Below are positions 26,604-40,013 of a stretch of DNA of 64,000 bases, piece by piece. The translations under genes were made by a program, and so were the position numbers. The notes beneath the pieces are model-generated. The model saw only the letters and a program-made list of their open reading frames with translations, had not been told where the DNA came from and made no database searches. How positions within the stretch are numbered: the stretch's first letter is position 1; every line of letters starts with the position of its first letter. Origin of the DNA: Octopus vulgaris (Eukaryota); NCBI GenBank assembly GCA_951406725.2, contig OX597827.1, forward strand, positions 434,001 to 498,000, written 5' to 3'.

Positions 26604-26931
26604 GTGGAGGCGCAATAGCCCAGTGGTTAGGGCAGCGGACTCGCGGTCGGAAGATCGCGGTTTCGATTTCCAGACCGGGCGTTGTGTGTGTTTATTGAGC
26701 GAAAACACCTAAAAGCTCCACGAGGCTCCGACAGGGGGTGGTAGCAACCCCTGTTGTACTCTTTCGCCACAAGTTTCTCTCACTCTCTCTTCCTGTTTCT
26801 TGAGTAAAGCTGCGATAGACTAGCGTCCCGTCTAGCTGGGGTGGAGTGGGGGGGGGGGGCATATACGCCACAGAAACCGGGAAACCCGGCCCATGAGCCT
26901 GGCTAGGCTTGAAAAGGGCGACGTTTATCGT
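26604..26931 (+). mobile_element. SINE family C (tRNA head, V-domain-like 3' half) with 13-bp TSD
   Basis: CCCAGTGGTTAGGG A-box, GGTTTCGATTTCC B-box, CTGCGATAGACTAGCGTCCCGTCTAG and CAGAAACCGGG; TATATCTACATAT duplicated at 26591-26603 and 26932-26944. Confidence 0.85.
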
Positions 26932-28351
26932 TATATCTACATATAATATATAATCATATATTTACAGAGACAAACATACTGATACATATACAACTTACAT
27001 ACATAGATACACACATAAGGAGAAAGTATTCGATGCAAAAAGTGAAATTAATATTAAGTGCCCGCATTAAAAGTGTAATTTGGTTTGTTCCTGCAGCGAG
27101 TTCTGCGGTCCCGCTTTCGATGAGACTAAGGTTTTCCTTATAACTTACGGCCTGACATGATGTTATATATTTGCTCAAATTGAAGCTTATAAATACTCAG
27201 ATTTTACAATGCAAATACTTGAAGTATAAAATTTAACGCGTAAAATATATAACTGTAAAGAAAAAGCTCGAAAATATGTGCAAATTCAAACTGACAGTCT
27301 AAAGAAATTTTGTAGAAAGAAACCAAGATATACAAAAAATGAAACTGAAGAGAATAAGTCAGGAGAGGTAAAGTAGAAAAAGAGATAAAGATAGGCGAGA
27401 TGATGATAAAGAAAGAGAGAGGAGGTGATAAGAGTTAGAACATATTTCAAGCTAATATAATAGTGGATAGAATGAGATACGATTATTGCATAATGGCTAC
27501 AGCGTATATTTATGAGGAAGAAGCGTGAAGGTGAATAAGAAAATGTATGGTTTGTGATTACATAAGTAGGGAGAAATAAGAAAAAGGTGTTAAAGATAAG
27601 AAAAGAGAGAAAATGTCAGGGTAAAATATATATATAAAAAAGGAAGCGAAAAAGTGAGGTAGAGAGGAACAGTAGGAGGAGAACTACCTATAAGGTTCTT
27701 ATATAAATAAAATAAATGGAAAGGCCCTTCAAGATTCTATAGACAAAATCGAATTCTTTCTCAGTTATGAGAAAAAGAGACGTCAGTTTGCTAATAGTTT
27801 TCATTCTTATGCGAAATAACTTTGAGCACTTACCTAATAGAGTCTTTGACTGAGAACGCGGATTAAGAGAACTCTGAATATTCATAAGATGCTTATAGAA
27901 CTTCAAGGAAAACGAGCGGAGAATTTCAAAGAAATTCTATCTATAAAATTGCAATATATTCAGCCTCGATAGGCAGAATAAAGTTACGTAGAATACGCTT
28001 GCTTTGGGAACAACTTTTCCAAATGAACTCATCCCTAGTTGAGAGGAAGCGCCAATACGCAGAGATTCTTTTTTACAGCTATACAAGCAGCACGATCTAG
28101 ATCCTCCAGAATATGGTGTAGCAAAGTGGACCACCGATCGTAGTATGTTAAAGTTAGTGGTCATCATTCTTTATTCTCCAGACACGCTGTGAAAGAGAGG
28201 TGGTACTTCTGTTCTCTGGTTGGCTGAAAGAATGTCTGTTGTGTAGTAGCTCTTAAGAATATGTTCTATCGTGTCTAAATTAGTTTGTTTACAGTAGCCT
28301 GCTAACTTTACTTACAGAGGCATTTGCCATCGAACAGACATAAACTGATAT

Positions 28352-28583
28352 ATTTCTTTACTACCCACAAGGGGCTAAACACAGAGATGACAAACAAGAA
28401 CAGACAAACGGATTAAGTCGATTACATCGACACCAGTGCGTAACTGGTACTTAATTTATCGACCCGAAAGGATGAAAGGCAAAGTTGACCTCGGCGGAAT
28501 TTGAACTCAGAACGTAACGGCAGACGAAATACGGCTACGCATTTCGCCCGGCGTGCCAACGTTTCTGCCAGCTCGCCGCCTTT
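28352..28583 (-). mobile_element. SINE family A monomer ending in Tx1-like tail-1, 17-bp TSD
   Basis: CAGACATAAACTGATAT (28335-51) / CAGTCATAAATTGATAT (28584-600). Confidence 0.92.
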
Positions 28584-29371
28584 CAGTCATAAATTGATAT
28601 TAGAACAACTACATTCAGACAGGTTAGTTATATGACGTACGGCTATTATTGTGATATTTTATTCTTTGTTGCCAGAAATGATATTGTAATGTCTTTCATA
28701 CAGCTGTGATATATGGAGTTATGGAGTTTTTGTTAAAATTTTTGTGGTGTCGGCGACCAATCGGAAAGTTCTTCTGTAAACTGAAACGAACTTCTTTTCG
28801 ATTTTGGATTCAACACCTAAGCTGTAAACCAGGTCATGTTAAGCTCGCGTGATTCTGATGTTGGTGCGAAATGCTTCGATATTGTCCAGATTGTATTATT
28901 TCTTGGAAGCCGCTCTCTTTCTTAAGCATTATTCTTATAGATTGATGCTCAGTTAAAGTTTACTTAATCTGGCATTGAAATTACACAACTAATTTTATTC
29001 ATTAAATTCTATAAGGTTACAGGGCGGTTGATTGGTATATATATATATTATATTCAGATAGCTCTTATTGGTTTAGCGGTATGAATTCGAATTTAAAGCT
29101 GTGACGATGAAGCTTTTTGAAATAATCTTCGTATGGTATATACGCATGTATAAAGTGCCTTATTTCATATTTAATTTTAAATGTAAAAAAAATAAAAACA
29201 CTCGTGTGTGAGGTGCATTATTTCATATTTAATTTTAAACGTAAAAAATAACTGGAGTAAAGCTAAAACTACGAAGGGAAAAAATTTTGTACCAAGATTT
29301 AATACTAAATTAGGGGTGCGACACAAGTAAATACGATAAATGACCATAAATACACACACACACACACACAT

Positions 29372-29408
<37 letters not shown>

Positions 29409-29500
29409 AATAGTGCTACATTTACAGTATGCTATGCATGTATATGAATATTTGCTTTTATATATGCAAGGGTGCTCGATATTATAGAATAGTGCTTAAA

Positions 29501-29717
29501 AAGTGGTGAGTTGGCAGAATCGTTAGCACATCGGACAAAATAATTAGAAGTATTTCTTTCGTCTCTTTGCGTTCTGAGTTCAAATTCTTCCGAGGTCGGC
29601 CTAGCCTTTCATTCCCCGAGGTCGATAAATAAAGTACTAGTCAAATACTGGGGTAGATTTTATTGACTTATTCTGTTTCCCCAAATTGCTGACCTAGTGC
29701 CAAAATTTGAATCCAAT
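29501..29717 (+). mobile_element. SINE family A, older copy with tail-2
   Basis: Head GTGGTGAGTTGGCAGAATCGTTAG and core recognisable. Confidence 0.8.
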
Positions 29718-30845
29718 ACGTTAAGCTTTTTAATCATCTGCAAGAAGTAGTAGTTAAATCAACAACAGATCACCACCTTATATCTTTAAAATATGACTGA
29801 GTACATGATGTAGTTATAGATATAACTACATAATATATTAATTTTTATTATATTTAATATATATTTATATATATATATATATGTGTACATATATGTATAT
29901 ATATATGTACACATATATATATATATATATATATATGTACATATATGTGTGTTTTTAAAGTCTTTGCCCACTTATGAAGTGTTCAGGTGAATGGTAACAC
30001 TTGTTACAGGTTGTTTTTTTTTTTACAGAATATTTAGTTAATATTCCACAACAGATTCATAAGATCGGAATACAAAGGAACAATGGATAATCTGCTGTTT
30101 TCTCTCAAAATACAGAAGAAGACAACAGATTTTATTTATTTACAATAAAAAGTGAAAAAAGAAAAAGAAGTTACCAATTTCTTTGGTTATATAAGTATAT
30201 ATGCTACCTGTATAAATAGGGTAAGGGTGAAGACTCCCTTCGATCATGAATGACCTTGGGATTGCACCTGGAAATATAATAAAAAACAAAAGATAGGATG
30301 GCCCTAAGTGGAACGATTTTTATCATAGATCTGTACAATAATAACTGATCTGGTGGGGAAAAAAACATTCATTAAAATGGTCTTCCGACATTTGTAGCGT
30401 GGATTTTTCTAGAATCGAGCAAGTTGCAAATACCAAATTTATCTTCCACAGGGTTCGAAAACAAACCCTCCCCCTTACAAATATGCCAGCATCATTGCGG
30501 TAGTTCCAGTGTATATATTTTCTAAATTGGGAATTGAATTATTCTTCCAATTTAACACTGTCTCACGCTGTTTTTTTGGGGTTTGTGTGTTAAAAAATAT
30601 AATGTAAAATATTTGTGGTGATTTACAAAAAACAAAATGGCGTGAATTGGTTGTGTTGTATAAAAACAAAAACATTGAGAGCAGCTGGACGTCTGACTAA
30701 TTGTGTTGTCAAATTTGTATAAATTACAGATAATGAAAGCTAATGGGCTGGAAATAAATGAAAACAAATAGACAAAACAAATAAATTAAAGCTAGTAGCT
30801 ACATTCAGGATGTATACCATCACATTGGAAATGTAATCTATTCTA

Positions 30846-30942
<97 letters not shown>

Positions 30943-31249
30943 GACGGAGAGATCGATAGAAAAATGTAGAAAAATATATATAGACATAGACTAATAGATA
31001 GACATATAGCTGTCTATATAAGCTCCAGCAGACAATATAATGTAGCTTAAGGCAAGATACATTATTTGCCTTAAGTCTGTTGATTGTGCTGGATGAAAAA
31101 AAAAGAAAAAAATAGACAAGATCTATTCTCGCTTTCCTCCCGCCGCTTCACAGTTGTACAGTTATTTAAAGGAAGCTCTCCCCACACCAATCAATCATAG
31201 AAAGGTTACTTCCTCTCCTCTCGCCATTTCAAAGTTGTACAGTTACTTT

Positions 31250-31518
31250 TTATTTTTTTATCTTGTATATGTTTTAGTGTTTGGACTGCCGCCATGCTGG
31301 AGCACCGCCTTGAAGGGTTTAGCCGAGTAAATCGATTCCAGTACATCCTTCTTTTTTAAAGTCTGCTATTTACTCCCCCGTTCTCTTTTGCCGAACCGCT
31401 AAATTGCGGGGTTAGAAACAAACCAGCATCATACAGTTCTATATTTAAGAGATGAGGAATTATTTACATTATTTACAATTGACGGATATTTGTCAAACGG
31501 TGGATCAACAACCACCAC

Positions 31519-31575
<57 letters not shown>
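31250..31575 (-). mobile_element. SINE family B 3' half carrying a ~60-bp insert (31431-31492) of the 58563-element terminus
   Basis: Tail GCCATGCTGGAGCACCGCC; interrupted between CCAGCATC and TGTCAA by TACAGTTCTATATTTAAGAGATGAGG... Confidence 0.75.
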
Positions 31576-31576
<1 letters not shown>

Positions 31577-31663
31577 GGATATGAAGAGTTGGATGACTTA
31601 AACTAAGAGGCAGCGTTTTGAGTCCTTAAATATTTAATACTATTTTTTAGTATTCGTTACCAT

Positions 31664-31796
31664 TCGCAGGAGTGGCTGTGTGGTAAGTAGCTTGCTTACC
31701 GACCACATGGTTCCGGGTTCAGTCCCACTGCGTGGTACTTTGGGCAAGTGTCTTCTACTATAGCCTCGGGCCGATGTGAGTGGATTTGGTAGACGT
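31664..31796 (+). mobile_element. SINE family B 5' half
   Basis: Head and CORE motif, ends in (TA)n. Confidence 0.85.
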
Positions 31797-32146
31797 ATAT
31801 ATATATATATATATACATAATTAAAGTCAAAATGAGGGTGAAAAAATTGGATATTAGTTTAATAACATCAGTTTAAACACCAGTGGTCTAGCGCATAAAA
31901 GACTGAGATTTAGTAGATATTATTAAAACACAAATATGAGAGAGAATCCACTATGTAGACGCTCTTACACTAGATATAGATCCGCAAAGGGACTCAACCA
32001 CTAAGAATTGTTCTCAAGAAAAAATTTAGCACACTAAGAACGTAAGCGAGCAGGACAAATGAAAAAAATCAAAAGTATAGATTAACCCCATGCAATTGTT
32101 TCACTGTTAATAAATTATGCAATTTTACTTACATAATTATCCTCAG

Positions 32147-32177
<31 letters not shown>

Positions 32178-32180
<3 letters not shown>

Positions 32181-32710
32181 ACTTCGGCCATGCTGGAGCA
32201 TCGCTTTTAGTCGAGCAAATCGCCCCCCACCAGGACTAATTTTTTGTAAGCCTAGTATCGATCTATTTTGCCGAACCGCTAAGTGACAGGGACGTAAATG
32301 TACCAGCATCGGTTGTCAAGCGATGACGGGGGGACAAACACAAACACACATATACACACACACATACATACATATATATACATACATACTGTGGGCTTCT
32401 TTCAGTTTCCGTCTACCAAATCCACTCACAAGGCTTTCTTCGGCTCGAGGCTTTAGTAGAAGACACTTGCCCAAGGTGCCACGCAGTGGGACTGAACCCG
32501 GAACCATGTGGTTGGTAAGCAAGCTACTTACCACACAGCCACATGCACGACGGGCTTCCACTCAGTTTCCGTGTTTCTGTCTATCAAATTCATTCAAAAA
32601 GCACTGATCGGTCCGTGGCTATAGGAGAAGACATTTACCACAATGGGAATGAACACGAAACCACGTTGTTACCAAGTGAACTTCTTATCTACACTGCCAT
32701 GCCTGCGCCA
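32178..32710 (-). mobile_element. SINE family B copy plus adjacent older 5' half
   Basis: 32178-32543 near-consensus; 32545-32710 diverged. Confidence 0.85.
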
Positions 32711-33319
32711 ATCTTTTTTCTTTTCTTTATTTTACAGTTTTTACCAGGAAGGGAAGGGTAACCTCGATGACTGTTATTTTTTCTCCAGGACACAGTGACT
32801 TGTAAGAGAATAGAAGGGACTTATTCACTAATCTTAGACGTGACTTCAATACATATCACAGAGTGGACTCCAGAGCGACGGATTAAGTCTACCAACCAAA
32901 AACTTCGAACACAAAGAAACAGAAATCACCCAAGAATTCCGCCAATCTTTTGCTCTCGATCAGTGCTTTATCATCAACACCGAAAGGATGAAACGGGAAG
33001 TTGACCGCGGCAGCATTTGAACTTCATTATTCAGAAGGCTGGAAAAAGTACCGCAGAGGACTTTGTTTGTCGTTCAATCGATTCTAATTCTACTAATTTA
33101 CTGTTAATTAATTTGCTCAAGCTCGAAAAAGAAGTTTAGCAAAGTTCAGGTCAGAGGTGTTTGATCCCAGATCTCAGAGAGCTGGAACAAATACCGCAAG
33201 GCATTTTGTCCTGCGCTTTAACGACTCTGCTAGCTCACCACTTATGTTGTTTACTTGTCTGTCTGTCTGTCTGTATGTCTGTCTGTCTGTATGTCTGTAT
33301 GTCTGTCTGTATGTCTGTA

Positions 33320-33417
33320 TAGTTCTATATTTAAGAGATGAGAAATTATGTACATTATTTATATTACTTACATTTGACATACAAGATGAGAAATATCCGT
33401 CAAATGTGAATAATGTG
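33320..33417. mobile_element. Inverted pair of fragments of the 58563-element terminus
   Basis: AGTTCTATATTTAAGAGATGAG...CATTTGAC followed by the opposite-orientation ACAAGATGAG...CCGTCAAATGTGAATAATGT. Confidence 0.7.
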
Positions 33418-33470
33418 TATGTATGTGTCTCCTCGTTCGTCTTTCTGTTTACCTACCTATTCATGTTTGT

Positions 33471-33530
<60 letters not shown>

Positions 33531-34639
33531 ATGTGTGTCTGTGTGTCTGTGTGTCTGTCTGTGTGTGTTTGTCTGTCTGCGTGTCTGTCTGCCTGCCTGT
33601 GTGTCTATGTGCCTGTCTGCTTGATTGCCTGTCTGTCTATCTACCTGTCTGCTTGATTGCCTGTCTGTCTATCTACCTGTCTGCTTGATTGCCTGTCTGT
33701 CTATCTACCTGTCTGCCTGATTGTTTGTCTGTCAGTCTGTCTAGAATTATCAGTAAAAATACGTTACAGGAAAACTGTGGAGTTGCATCAGATGGGTCGT
33801 GTTTGTTTTTGGGTGAAGGTAGATACATTTCGTCCTCCAGTTCACCTCTCAACAATCATATCGAACGTAGCTCTGGATGGAGACTTGGAAAATATTCACT
33901 GGTCATTATCCAGTTCCTGTTTGTTTCATTTGGATGTAGGAAGAACATAACTGCTTTAAATATTCGGCAAACTATCCTAGTAGTTAGTACTTCATATCAG
34001 ATAGTGTCATTACAATACGTCCTTGACTTTCGATGGCCAAGTCAAAGACTCTCAAAACAGTATACATACATGCATACATACATGCATACTTGCATACATA
34101 CATAAATACATACATACGTACATACATACTTGCATACATACATAAATATATACATACATACATGCATACATATATACTTACATACATATATACATAAATA
34201 CGTACATACATACATACATACATACATTCATAAATACATACGTATACATACATACATACATACATACATACATGCATGCATACATGCATGCATGCATGCA
34301 TACATACATACATACATACATACATACATACATACATACATACATACATACATACATGCATACATATATAGGCGCAGGCGTGGCTGTATGGTATGAAGGC
34401 GTTTCCCAACCATAGTTCCGGGTTCAGTCACCACTATCGCCAGCAGTACTACCATGAACATCTCTATCAACATCACTGCCAACACCAGCATCAATGTTAC
34501 CAACAAGACCACCACCACCGCCACCGCCACCGCCACCACCACCACCGCCGCCGCCATGCCAACAACACCAATACAACTACCCCCGACACCACCAACATCG
34601 TCATCACTATAACCAGCAAGAACACTATCGCCAGCAATT

Positions 34640-34830
34640 AACGTGGGAGCCTTCTCACAGTAATTCGACCTGCTAGAAGTAGCAGCTACATCTTCTACAT
34701 CAAATCTTATTGTCTTTAAAAATGAAAGACATATTGGGCAATGTAATGCTAAATATACAACAGGTGAGATGGTCATATTTAGAATGCCTTTGATAATAGG
34801 TCTGCTCGATCAAAGCTGACTTGAAGCCAA
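34640..34830 (+). mobile_element. Old SINE-like repeat family E, 3' part
   Basis: GACCTGCTAGAA...GAATGCCTTTGA...GCTGAC shared with 41453-41650. Confidence 0.6.
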
Positions 34831-35590
34831 GTACCTCCACTGCCACCTACGCCAACCTCACAATTACTATAACCATTATCAACAACAATAGCAGCAGCAG
34901 CAGCAGCAGCAAGAACAACAACAACAACAACAACAGAAACAAATAACGTCATATGTTGCAGTTTAATAAAATAATTTTTAAAAATATTTCTTAAAAGAAA
35001 TTTATTCATTTATTTTTTAAAATTTTAATATTTGTTTTCCCCAGTTTGTGATTTCATAACATTTTTACATTTATAAAGTAAATATCAAATATTGATTTGC
35101 TTCAATTAAAATTTTACTTTTCGCTTTTTGACATCAAAAGGTTTTAGTTATTAAAGCCGGCTTCCAATTTCTTGGGAGGAAAATCAACCCGAGGCGAAGA
35201 TTAAATTTGGTCTCCTGTTTACATTTCAATATCTTACATCTCACAATTACATGGATTTAAATCTAAAAAAAAGAAGAAAAAAAACTAAATAAACAATCAA
35301 ACAAAAACAACAACAAAAAACCCCAAAAAACCTGAGTAGAAAAAGACTAACAAAATCTCCAACACAATTGCGCAAAAAACAAATAAGAAAGGCTAATAAT
35401 AACAAGAACAGCAGCAACAAATAGTTTTTAGTCTTATTTTCCTAATTTTTATATTTTATTGGCAACATTGTAAAATAGTGAATTCAAGATGATGGCCCAA
35501 ACTTTACATTTCCATTCCATGGTTGCTAGTTCGTTATTTCTGGAGTAATTACTAAATTCCAAAAGTGCCTTTTAAAGATTTTGATCAATG

Positions 35591-35623
<33 letters not shown>

Positions 35624-35731
35624 TGTATGTATGTATGTATGTGTATGTATGTATGTTTGTATGTTTGTATGTATGTATGTATGTATGTATGTATGTATGT
35701 ATGTATGTATATATGCATGCAATTATGTATA

Positions 35732-35784
<53 letters not shown>

Positions 35785-35889
35785 TTTCTTCTATATAAAA
35801 ATCTTTTTGAGCCTTCCTGTAAGGAGCGAGCTGGTTTCTAACAAATATACAAAGCACCACCGATAGAATGTATATAACAAAAAAACAAA

Positions 35890-37165
35890 TTCACATTTTG
35901 AACTTGAGGTAAGTGTCACATATTTTTACTGTTCCGCTTAGAAATTGTATTTATAATGTATGTGTTAGCTGGTTGATTTCTTCTGAAAATTCTAGCTTTC
36001 CCAGACTCCAACTGACAAAATCAAGTGCTCCAATTATCATTGGTATGAATGTGAATTTATATTCTAGGTTTAGAAGCTGAAAGTTTCGAAGCTGTTGCTC
36101 ATAGTTATCCTCCTCTTTGGTTTTCGAAGAGATATTCATATCAACATGGCAGCCGATCTAAGATGGTGCATACTTTTTGTTGTCTGTCTCAAACAATATA
36201 TTTGGCCTATTATGTAGAAATTTTGATTTTAGCAACAGGGTCATGTCACATTAAGAAGTAATACGTTGATGGCATTTTCGGGCAATTACTAACCACATGT
36301 GTTATGTCGTCCAGAGCAATATGATATAATCGACATTTTTGCTTGCATCTTGAGGACTCATGGACTTAAATGTCTCTATTAAGAGATATTTTATAGCAAT
36401 GTTCTGTTCTTGGATAGCAAATGTATACTCGTCGAAGTGTGATGTAGCAACCTTGATTCCAAGAGGGGAAATACTTTTCATGACGATGTTAGCATCAGCT
36501 TTAAATCTTCGAGAAATATACCCATGTATAATATTTTTTGGTAAGGTGAGCGTCTCTTCTGAAATAAGGTATTGCAGTTATTTTGGGATTGTACGGGAGG
36601 TCATCGGGAAGAGAGTACTTTCTGAAGAACTCATTGCTGACACAGAAGATGTTCTCTTCGCTTTTCGGTACTAATTTTATATACTTATTTTTGCTGCGGT
36701 CTGAGAGATACTATAGGACATCCAAAGGCTGTCTGCTCTGATCTCAAGCCCCTATCTCGTTCATCTCTTCATAGGTCTAGCCTGTCAATATCACTGTTTC
36801 TCCAGACGTTTCCAGTTGGTGCCAGGATCTTACAGGCTTTAATGTCTATGGAGTGAATTTCCTTTATAGACCAAATGGCATCAGCGCTGGCACTGCGAAT
36901 GCATTGTGGGATACTGTCTTGTTATAAGAGGAGAGTTCCGACTGCCAAGTCTGCTGTAATACTCTCGGATAACTTTATCGTTATTTACAGCACCTTCCAT
37001 CAATAACTAGGTATTTTTAGCATTCTCTGTGTGGAACAGGAGAGACAAAGAGACCGTTGATGCTCACATTCTAGGTTTGATTTTCCTTGTTCAACAATCA
37101 AATACGAATATTTCTTTTGGCTTAATTGCATTCCTATGTCAGCTGAAAATGTTATTAACTCCTGC
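35890..37165 (-). mobile_element. Highly decayed R4/Dong-type LINE
   Basis: ITFSADIGMQLSQKK (RT thumb-side region) and KEEDNYEQQLRNFQLL...FIPMIIGAL (RLE C-terminus). Confidence 0.7.
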
Positions 37166-37344
37166 TGCTTTTTGACACTGCAAATATTTTTAGTATAGGC
37201 CATACATACATTAAATATACACGCGCGCGCGCACACACACACATAATATATACATACATATGTAAATATTGTGTGTAGTGTATATGTATAAATATGCATA
37301 TATACATATATTTATATAATAGGTGTAATGTATATATAGAGAGA

Positions 37345-37625
37345 GGCGCAGGCGTGACTGTGTAGTAAGGCAGCGAGCTGGCAGAAGCGTTAGCACGCCG
37401 GGAGAAATGCCTAGAGGTATTTCGTCTGTCGTTACGTTCTGAGTTCAAATTACGCCGAGGTCGACTTTACCTTTCATCCCTTCAGGATCGATAAATTAAG
37501 TACCAGTTACGCTCTGGGGTCGATATAATCAACTTAATCTCCTTGTCTGTCCTTGTTTGTCCCCTCTATGTTTAGCCCCTTGCGGGTAATAAAGAAATAA
37601 GAAGCTTGCTCTCCAACTACATGGT
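37345..37625 (+). mobile_element. SINE A (tail-1) nested in a SINE B head
   Basis: B head GGCGCAGGCGTGACTGTGTAGTAAG, then a full A unit, then B resumes AAGCTTGCTCTCCAACTACATGGT. Confidence 0.8.
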
Positions 37626-38406
37626 AGGGATGGTGGGGTTCGAATGTGTAGGGGTGAGGTAACGAGGGAGGAGGTGACGATGAAGGGAGGGGGTGGTGAT
37701 GAAGGGAGAGGGTGGAAGGGAGAAGGTGGGTAGGAGTGAAGAGAGGAAGTAGGTGCCAGAGTAAGAGAGGAGAGATGAGTGGGAGGAAGTAGTGTGAGAG
37801 GAAGAGAGTAGAGAGGAGGAGAGTTAGATGAAGAGGAGAGGAGAGTTGAGCCCATGTGGCGGTTTAGATAGATACATATGTCTCAAGTGGTTATGTAATA
37901 AATGGTGACGCAGATTCTGGTCTCTCCACTCGTTGCAAGCGAAATAACTTGGTACATTCAAGTTTGCCGTGTATAAAGTGACTGGATAAGTAAACCACAC
38001 AAAAAAATACAATAAAACCGCACAGATTATGAAAAAATAAAAATTTTAAAAAAACGGTAAATAAAAAAAAAGAGAGAATATAGTAGAAGTATTTGAGAAA
38101 GGCAGAGAAGTAACAAAAGATGACATACGGACTTCATACTCTACTAAATTAGTTCTACAAGAAAATCTCAAACTTATATTTTTTGTTACCGAATATCTGC
38201 TTCTTTGTGAAATACATTCATTACATTTCTCTTTTCACATAGCTTCTAAATTACGGACCTATAAACTCCACGATCTACCAGAAAGTTATATCAACACGAC
38301 AATTTTACTTATTTGAAAACTGCCGAAAACTCAGTCTTTTTCGCGTATCTCTGTTTATTGTGCTCCTATGGTACCTATACTTCTTTCGCACAAAAAATTA
38401 CTAATA

Positions 38407-38808
38407 GGCGCAGGAGTGACTGTGTGGTAGGTAGCTTGCTTACCAACCACATGGTTCCGGGTTCAGTCCCACTGCGTGGCACCTTGGGCAAGTGTCTTCT
38501 ACTATAGCCTCGGGCCGACCAAAGCCTTGTGAGTGGATTTGGTAGACGGAAACTGAAAGAAGCCCACAGTATATATGTATATATATGTATGTAAGTGTGT
38601 GTGTATATGTGTGTCTGTGTTTGCCCCCCCGTCATCGCTTGACAACCGATGCTGGTGTGTTTACGTCCCCGTAACTTAGCGGTTCGGCAAAAGATACTGA
38701 TAGAATAATTACTTGGCTTACAAAGAATAAGTCCTGGGGTCGATTTGCTCGACTAAAGATGGTGCTCCAACCTGGCCACAGTCAAATGACTGAAACAAGT
38801 AAAGGAGT
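38407..38808 (+). mobile_element. SINE family B, complete
   Basis: As 20410-20860. Confidence 0.92.
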
Positions 38809-39164
38809 AGCTCAAATTTGGTCTCACTTAAACGAACACTTTCTGACTGTTTATCTTTCCGATACCATTTTTGGACTTCCACGTCAGGACACATCCTCAT
38901 GAATTTGCACGAGAACTATGAATAGAAAATATATAAATAATAATTTGAATCTCTTCATATTCTATTTTTCTTTTTCTTTTAATTATTTAAATGCTTTTAC
39001 TGTATTTTTACTGTATTTATATGTATTTGATTATTATTTCTCTTTATTATTAATAATTAATTTAATATTAATAATTAGCAATATCTTAGGATAATTACAT
39101 TCATTGTAATCTCCCTTTTTACTCCTTTTTTTCTCTGTTCCCTGTAAGTGTATTATTCAGTCAC

Positions 39165-39220
<56 letters not shown>

Positions 39221-39223
39221 TTG

Positions 39224-39395
<172 letters not shown>

Positions 39396-39406
39396 CATGC
39401 ATATAT

Positions 39407-39607
39407 AGGGAGATTTTACGAAAAGAACAAAAGACGAAGACAGGTGGTGTACAAAACAAACAGATGTATTAGTATAACGCACAGGAATAGAAAAAGTCTT
39501 GTACGTTTCGAGCCTACGCTCTTCTACAGAAAGGGACACAGAAAAAACAAGGAGAGAAAAGGATAGAAAAAATGTGTGTAGTGGCTAACGATCTATCATG
39601 GCGACTG
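39407..39607 (-). mobile_element. ~200-bp element between TA-rich tracts carrying a hammerhead-like motif (Penelope pLTR-like)
   Basis: cttt-CUGUAGA-a-gagc(gtag)gctc-GAAAC-GUA-caag at 39498-39533. Confidence 0.6.
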
Positions 39608-39788
39608 CATATATATATGTATATGTATGTATGTATGTTGTATATATATATATATATATATGCAACATATATATACATACACACACAGACGCATACACGC
39701 ACAAATACACATATATTTATATACATGTACATATGCGTATATATATCGACATACATGCATTCATCATGCGTACATATATATGTGTGTA

Positions 39789-39843
<55 letters not shown>

Positions 39844-39873
39844 ATATAGATATATATAAATATCTCACCCCTC

Positions 39874-39911
<38 letters not shown>

Positions 39912-39929
39912 GCTATCATTCACTCACTG

Positions 39930-39967
<38 letters not shown>

Positions 39968-39976
39968 CAGTGAGTG

Positions 39977-40013
<37 letters not shown>

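Noticed and set aside
26604-26680. SINE heads as functional tRNA genes (also 20410, 58747-58800)
   Set aside because: No complete cloverleaf or acceptor stem; they continue into SINE bodies
27280-28200. Coding-like decayed sequence (LGTTFPNELIPS*EEAPIRRDSFLQLYKQH...)
   Set aside because: Multiple stops and no motif I can assign; probably an old transposon remnant
32085-32150. Minus-strand CTGAGGA...GAAACAATTGCA (and a similar GAAACTATATGTA near 49763) as hammerheads
   Set aside because: Stem I or the base of stem II does not pair; too decayed to call without a consensus
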